A DNA stretch of 41,509 bases, from the IMG/VR virus record IMGVR_UViG_3300028364_000020, positions 1 through 41,509 of that record; one strand, given 5' to 3'. A program made the translations under genes and the position numbers. Shown in pieces: positions 36,658 to 41,509 of this stretch (positions are counted from its first letter, which is position 1; every line of letters starts with the position of its first letter). This stretch comes from a virus. Taxonomy: Duplodnaviria > Heunggongvirae > Uroviricota > Caudoviricetes. Below the pieces are notes generated by a model that saw only the letters and a program-made list of their open reading frames with translations, did not search any database and was not told the origin of the DNA.

Positions 36658-38475
36658 ATGGCAAATAAGGGAATCGGTTATACGGCAAGAAATTTCGCAG
36701 ATATACGTACTGAATTAGTAAGTATGGTTAGACAATATTATCCAGATATTTTTAACGATTTTAATGATGCATCAGTAGGTATGATGCTTTTAGAATTAAA
36801 CGCTGCCGTTGGAGATATGTTATCGGTAAATACTGATAGGATGTTCCAAGAAACGCAAATAGACTATGCTAGAGAAAGAAAGTCAGTTTTGTCAATGGCT
36901 AGAACTTTTGGGTTAAAGATACCTGGAAAAAGACCTAGTGTTACTATTGTTGATTTTAACATAACTGTTCCAATAAACGGTGATACTTTTGACCTATCAT
37001 ACACACCAATAATTAAAAGTGGTGCTCAAGTTTCTGGTGGTGGTAAAGTATTTGAAACCACATCAGACATTGATTTTTCTAATCCATTTACACTTGGTGG
37101 TATTCCAAACAGATTAATAATACCAAATTTTAATTCAAATGGTAATTTAATTAACTATACTTTAATAAAAAGAGAAATAGTAACTAACGGTTATACTAGA
37201 ATTTTAAAAAGAGTGTTAACGCAAGGTGATGTGAGACCTTTTCTTGAGATAATATTACCAGAGGACAATGTTCTATCAATTGATTCAGTTATTACCTTAC
37301 AAGGCACTAGTTTTAGTTCAGAACCAACAATAGATAAATTTGTTGATGCTAACAATAGATGGTATGAAGTAGATGCGTTGGCTGAAGATAAAATATTTGT
37401 AGAAGATATAACTAAAATATCTGACGCTTCTATGGCAAGACCAGGAAAATGGATTTCAGTCACAAAAAAATTCATCAGTGAATACACTGATTTAGGTTTT
37501 ACAAAGTTAATATTCGGTGCTGGTACGCAAGATACTAGTAGTTTAAATGAATTCGATTCAAATGCGGCTTTAGTGAATCAAATTGGTAATTTTATTAATA
37601 ATTTGTCATTGGGTACCGTTCCGAGTGCTAACAATACTATGTTTATTAGATACAGAGTAGGTGGTGGTGCTAACACTAATTTAGGTCCAAACATAATTAA
37701 TAGTCTAGGTATTTTAAATCTAATCATTAACGGTGTTGACCAAGCAAAAAATAAAGCTGTAAGGGATTCATTAAAGGTAAACAATTTATTTCCAGCTTTA
37801 GGTGGTAAAGATGCACCAAGTGTAGATGAAATAAAACACATGGTACGTTATAATTTTGCTTCTCAAAATAGAGCGGTTACAATTAAAGATTACCAGACCA
37901 GAATATCTAAAATGCCAGGAAAATTCGGTATACCCTTTAGATGCGGTGTGTTAGAAGAACAAAATAAAATAAAAATATATATTTTAGGTCTAGATAGTAA
38001 CGGTAAATTATCAAATAATTCTACTAGTGTTCTAAATGAAAATATTGTAACCTATTTAGCTGACTATAAAATGCTTAATGATTATATTCAGGTTAGTAAT
38101 GGTAGAATTGTTAATTTAGCTTTTGAGGTTGATTTATACATCGACAAACAATTCCCACAAGCTCAAATTATGAGTCAAGTCATAACTGAGATTAGAAATT
38201 ATATGGATATAAATAAATTTCAAATGGGTGATAATATATATATGTCTCAATTAATAGAACTAATTAACAATGTTGGTGGTGTGTTAAACGTTATGGATAT
38301 TAGAGTAATAAATAAGGTTGGAGGTGAGTATAGTTTAAATGAAATTTCTCAAGAATATATTGACCAGCAGACTAGAGAAATATCTTTATCTAGTGACGCT
38401 ACTGTATTTGGCGAACCAACAACAATGTTTGAAATTAAGAACCCATCAAAAGATATTCAAATTCGTGTTAGGTAA
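36658..38475 (+). CDS. Baseplate wedge protein (baseplate J / T4 gp6-like)
   Basis: RNFADIRTELV...ARERKSVLSMARTFG...YRVGGG...GGKDAPSVDEIK...ASQNRAVTIKDY. Confidence 0.85.
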   Translation: MANKGIGYTARNFADIRTELVSMVRQYYPDIFNDFNDASVGMMLLELNAAVGDMLSVNTDRMFQETQIDYARERKSVLSMARTFGLKIPGKRPSVTIVDFNITVPINGDTFDLSYTPIIKSGAQVSGGGKVFETTSDIDFSNPFTLGGIPNRLIIPNFNSNGNLINYTLIKREIVTNGYTRILKRVLTQGDVRPFLEIILPEDNVLSIDSVITLQGTSFSSEPTIDKFVDANNRWYEVDALAEDKIFVEDITKISDASMARPGKWISVTKKFISEYTDLGFTKLIFGAGTQDTSSLNEFDSNAALVNQIGNFINNLSLGTVPSANNTMFIRYRVGGGANTNLGPNIINSLGILNLIINGVDQAKNKAVRDSLKVNNLFPALGGKDAPSVDEIKHMVRYNFASQNRAVTIKDYQTRISKMPGKFGIPFRCGVLEEQNKIKIYILGLDSNGKLSNNSTSVLNENIVTYLADYKMLNDYIQVSNGRIVNLAFEVDLYIDKQFPQAQIMSQVITEIRNYMDINKFQMGDNIYMSQLIELINNVGGVLNVMDIRVINKVGGEYSLNEISQEYIDQQTREISLSSDATVFGEPTTMFEIKNPSKDIQIRVR

Positions 38476-38520
38476 TATTTTCCTTTTGTAAAATAAACAT
38501 TATATTTAATAAAAAAAAAT

Positions 38521-38859
38521 ATGGGTTGTGGATGTAAAAGTGATACTATTAGTGATAATCTTGTAGTGTCGGATAAAAAAATGAGGGGGGATGACTCCAA
38601 TATAATTAAATATATTATTAAATTTATCGGATTTTTGATTGGTTTAATGTTATTACCGATAATAATGTTGGCGGTTATATGGTTTATGTTTGATGTGATT
38701 GTTTTAAATAAAAAAGTTGATTTCGTTCAAAGTATTAATAAATGGAAAAAACTTTATAATAAAAAAGATAAAAATAACGAAGACGATTATTACGATGACG
38801 AAGATGACGAAGATGACGAATATTTAATGTTAAACGTTGAGGATATAACGAATAAATAA
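38521..38859 (+). CDS. Small membrane protein (MGCGC N-terminus, one hydrophobic segment, acidic tail)
   Basis: YIIKFIGFLIGLMLLPIIMLAVIWFMFDVIVL hydrophobic stretch. Confidence 0.6.
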   Translation: MGCGCKSDTISDNLVVSDKKMRGDDSNIIKYIIKFIGFLIGLMLLPIIMLAVIWFMFDVIVLNKKVDFVQSINKWKKLYNKKDKNNEDDYYDDEDDEDDEYLMLNVEDITNK

Positions 38860-38871
38860 AAAAAACAAAAT

Positions 38872-41509
38872 ATGTCTAACAACACTGTTAGGATTAGGAC
38901 TAAGCCTAATGGAGGGGATAAATATTTAAAGGTAAAACTAGAACAAGATTTTGATTTTATTGAGATTCTTTCACTAAAAATATCACAAGAAGATGCGTAT
39001 AGAAACTTTTGTTCTGATTACGGTGTTGTTACTGGTAGGGTGATAATGAATAGTGGTTTTGGTGTTCCAAACGCCAAGGTTAGTGTTTTTATACCAATAG
39101 ATGAAATCGATAATGAAAATTCAGAAATTAAAAACCTTTATCCTTATGACATAGTTAGTGACAAGGATTTTTTTGGGGTTAGATATAATTTACTTCCAAC
39201 CAATTCAGACAACGGAAACCCTTGTTTTACACCAATTGGTACTTTCCCATCAAAAAGAGAAATTTTAGATAACCCAGAAACATTTGAAATTTATTCAAAA
39301 TATTATAAATTTACCACAACAACAAATTACGCTGGAGATTTCATGATTTTTGGTGTACCAGTTGGTAACCATACAATTCATGTAGATGCTGATATATCAG
39401 ATATTGGTATAGCATCTCAAAGACCTTATGATAGTATTTCTCAAGGAGCACAAGTTAACTTATTCGAAACAACAACAAAATTTAAGGGTGGGACCAATTT
39501 AGATAAATTAGTTCAGGTAAAATCAGCTAATATTGGTGTTAACGTACAACCTTTTTGGGGTGATATAGACAATTGCGAGATAGGTATAACAAGAGTTGAT
39601 TTAGATTTAAATTACACCATACAACCATCAGCTATCTTTATGGGTAGTATATTTGGGGACCAAGAACAAGCAGCAGTAACTCAAAGTTGTACACCTAGAA
39701 AAGGATTAGGTATTTTGTGTCGTCAAATAAGTAGTGAAGGGACTATTGATATGATTCGTAAAACAATTAATGGTGAGATTGAAGAATTTACAGTAAACGG
39801 TGGACAACTTATTGATGAAAATGGTTCTTGGGCTTATCAAGTACCAATGAATTTAGATTATGTGATTACTGATGAATTTGGCGAACTTACGCTTTCTGAC
39901 GACCCAAATAAGGGTATCCCTACCAAGGCTTCGGTTAGATTTAAAATTAGTATGGATGATTCTATTAATCCTAATCAGAACGCTAGAGCTAAATATTTAG
40001 TTCCGAATAACCCAACAAAATCAGATGAAGTAGATTATGAGTTTGGTGTATTAACAAAAGAAACTAGTTTTAGGGATTTATATTGGAATAAAATATATTC
40101 GGTATCAAATTATATTTCAAGGTTCCAAACTAGTGGGTTTTCAGGTGGTGGAAGACAAATAACTGGAATAAAGAATGTGGATGATTGCATAGGAGATAAA
40201 ACACCGTTCCCGTATAATAAAGTGAACGTAAAATTTACTGCTTTGTTTTTCATTATCTGTCTATTAATCCAAATTGTTGGTTATATAATGTTTATAATCA
40301 ACTCAGCAATAATCACTATTATTAATACGTTGATTTACACATTAAATATTACGATAATTCGTATTATAAACCTTATTACTGGTAGCTTATGTCGTGCTGC
40401 TAGAATCATTAGGTTGCTTAAGATTCTGTGTTTTAAACCAATAACCCCATTAAAGTATGTTCCTTGTCTACATGCTACTTGTGGCGAAAATGCTAGGATT
40501 TATGCACCTGGTTGTTTAGGAGGACGCATACCAATAGGTTTAGGTAAAACTACGTTAAGTACTTTGGAAGGTGTTGATGATATATGTCATGGCACTAATG
40601 ACATATTTGATTTATGTGGTTTATCTGATTGTGTCGCTTTTGAAATGGCTAAATCTTTAGAGTTATTTAAATTCGATTTTTATAATGATTGGATTAATGG
40701 TTCTTTATATTCATTTGTTATTTCAAAATCAAAAAGAAATAAAGGACGTGAACTATTCTGCGAGTATGATTGTCGAGATTTTGGTATAAGTGCTGGTGGA
40801 GTTGACAACAATGAAGATGGTATCCCTGACAATAAATGTTTTAATAATAGGTTAGTGGATAGTTGTTTTTCTGGTGGTAAACGTTCTGAAGAGGCTGAAC
40901 AATCGTCATCAATAAGGGAAGGTTTAGTTAAAAAGAAAAACGATGAATTCTTTTATGCTGGGTCAACGCACGATGGTAGTTTGAAATTATTTGCCACTGA
41001 TATTATTTTATTGGGGTCAGTATTTGAATGCGATTGGCAAGGTGTTCCAAACTTAGTTAATGATTTAGTTTCAACAACATATAAACTACCACCAGACATA
41101 AATTTAATTGAAAATGATAAAGTAAGTGAGACTGGTCAAGTCAAAGTTGGTAACGGAGAAGATAGAAGTTTATTTTTCAACATAGACTGTTTTGGTTTAC
41201 GAAGCGACTATAGACAATGTCTAAATATGAGACATATATGCGAATACGGAGTTGAAAATGACAAAAATAGAGAAGATGAAGGTGGTAGCAAAGCTGATAC
41301 AAACATTGGTATTGACGACATTGACGTAACTGATGGTTCAAGAGTAAAATGGTTTAGAGACGCTTTTTATGCATTAAATAAAGACCGAAAAAAATGGAAA
41401 CTTGAAGAATTATATGGAAGTGGTTTTAACACAAATTTTAACCTTTTAAATGACTCTATTTATGATTTCACAGCTGTAAATCAAGTAACTGGAGAAAAGG
41501 TAAACGGTT
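38872..41509 (+). CDS. Large structural protein, truncated at the window edge (more than 879 aa), Cys-rich with an internal hydrophobic segment
   Basis: Not in the ORF track. ATG 38872, no stop to the window end (translated by hand). N-terminal GVVTGRV...GVPNAKVSVF...GDFMIFGVPVG beta-sandwich-like region; follows the baseplate wedge gene. Confidence 0.7.
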   Translation, partial: MSNNTVRIRTKPNGGDKYLKVKLEQDFDFIEILSLKISQEDAYRNFCSDYGVVTGRVIMNSGFGVPNAKVSVFIPIDEIDNENSEIKNLYPYDIVSDKDFFGVRYNLLPTNSDNGNPCFTPIGTFPSKREILDNPETFEIYSKYYKFTTTTNYAGDFMIFGVPVGNHTIHVDADISDIGIASQRPYDSISQGAQVNLFETTTKFKGGTNLDKLVQVKSANIGVNVQPFWGDIDNCEIGITRVDLDLNYTIQPSAIFMGSIFGDQEQAAVTQSCTPRKGLGILCRQISSEGTIDMIRKTINGEIEEFTVNGGQLIDENGSWAYQVPMNLDYVITDEFGELTLSDDPNKGIPTKASVRFKISMDDSINPNQNARAKYLVPNNPTKSDEVDYEFGVLTKETSFRDLYWNKIYSVSNYISRFQTSGFSGGGRQITGIKNVDDCIGDKTPFPYNKVNVKFTALFFIICLLIQIVGYIMFIINSAIITIINTLIYTLNITIIRIINLITGSLCRAARIIRLLKILCFKPITPLKYVPCLHATCGENARIYAPGCLGGRIPIGLGKTTLSTLEGVDDICHGTNDIFDLCGLSDCVAFEMAKSLELFKFDFYNDWINGSLYSFVISKSKRNKGRELFCEYDCRDFGISAGGVDNNEDGIPDNKCFNNRLVDSCFSGGKRSEEAEQSSSIREGLVKKKNDEFFYAGSTHDGSLKLFATDIILLGSVFECDWQGVPNLVNDLVSTTYKLPPDINLIENDKVSETGQVKVGNGEDRSLFFNIDCFGLRSDYRQCLNMRHICEYGVENDKNREDEGGSKADTNIGIDDIDVTDGSRVKWFRDAFYALNKDRKKWKLEELYGSGFNTNFNLLNDSIYDFTAVNQVTGEKVNG

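Noticed and set aside
38521-38535. MGCGC as a eukaryotic myristoylation/palmitoylation signal, suggesting a eukaryotic virus
   Set aside because: Gene content (contractile tail, gp32, bacterial terminators and promoters, overlapping stop/start codons) is that of a bacteriophage; the motif alone is too short.
38794-38820. (GATGACGAA)3 tandem repeat
   Set aside because: It simply encodes a DDE acidic tract at a protein C-terminus.

Overview
AT-rich, standard-code segment of a large T4-like contractile-tailed (myovirus-type) phage genome. The host is probably a Bacteroidota: several TTG-N19/20-TAnnTTTG promoters are present and starts are A-rich without obvious Shine-Dalgarno motifs. Tail and baseplate genes (tube, chaperone, tape measure, tube initiator, LysM/gp53-like wedge, 2,000-aa hub with peptidoglycan hydrolase domains, gp25, baseplate J/gp6-like wedge) flank a replication block (gp32-like SSB, RecA/UvsX, 5'-3' exonuclease, DnaB/gp41 helicase, nrdB, nrdA). 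The most striking feature is three naturally split intein pairs within about 4.6 kb. NrdA is encoded as three ORFs that would need two ordered trans-splicing reactions; the middle piece carries IntC at its N-terminus and IntN at its C-terminus. The helicase is encoded as two ORFs joined by a split intein of reversed charge polarity and also carries a contiguous class 3 (Ala1, WCT) LAGLIDADG intein. No endonuclease gene lies between any of the split halves. Other notable items: a candidate +1/-2 programmed frameshift in the tail chaperone, a transposase-less RHH-tnpB cassette next to a pure A/T microsatellite, two antisense Zn-repeat/Vsr-like nucleases (the complete one has a GNAT/Mom-like tail), and a duplicated 22-aa leader on two adjacent proteins, one of which is ADP-ribosyltransferase-like. 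All family calls come from motif recognition by eye; no database searches were run.
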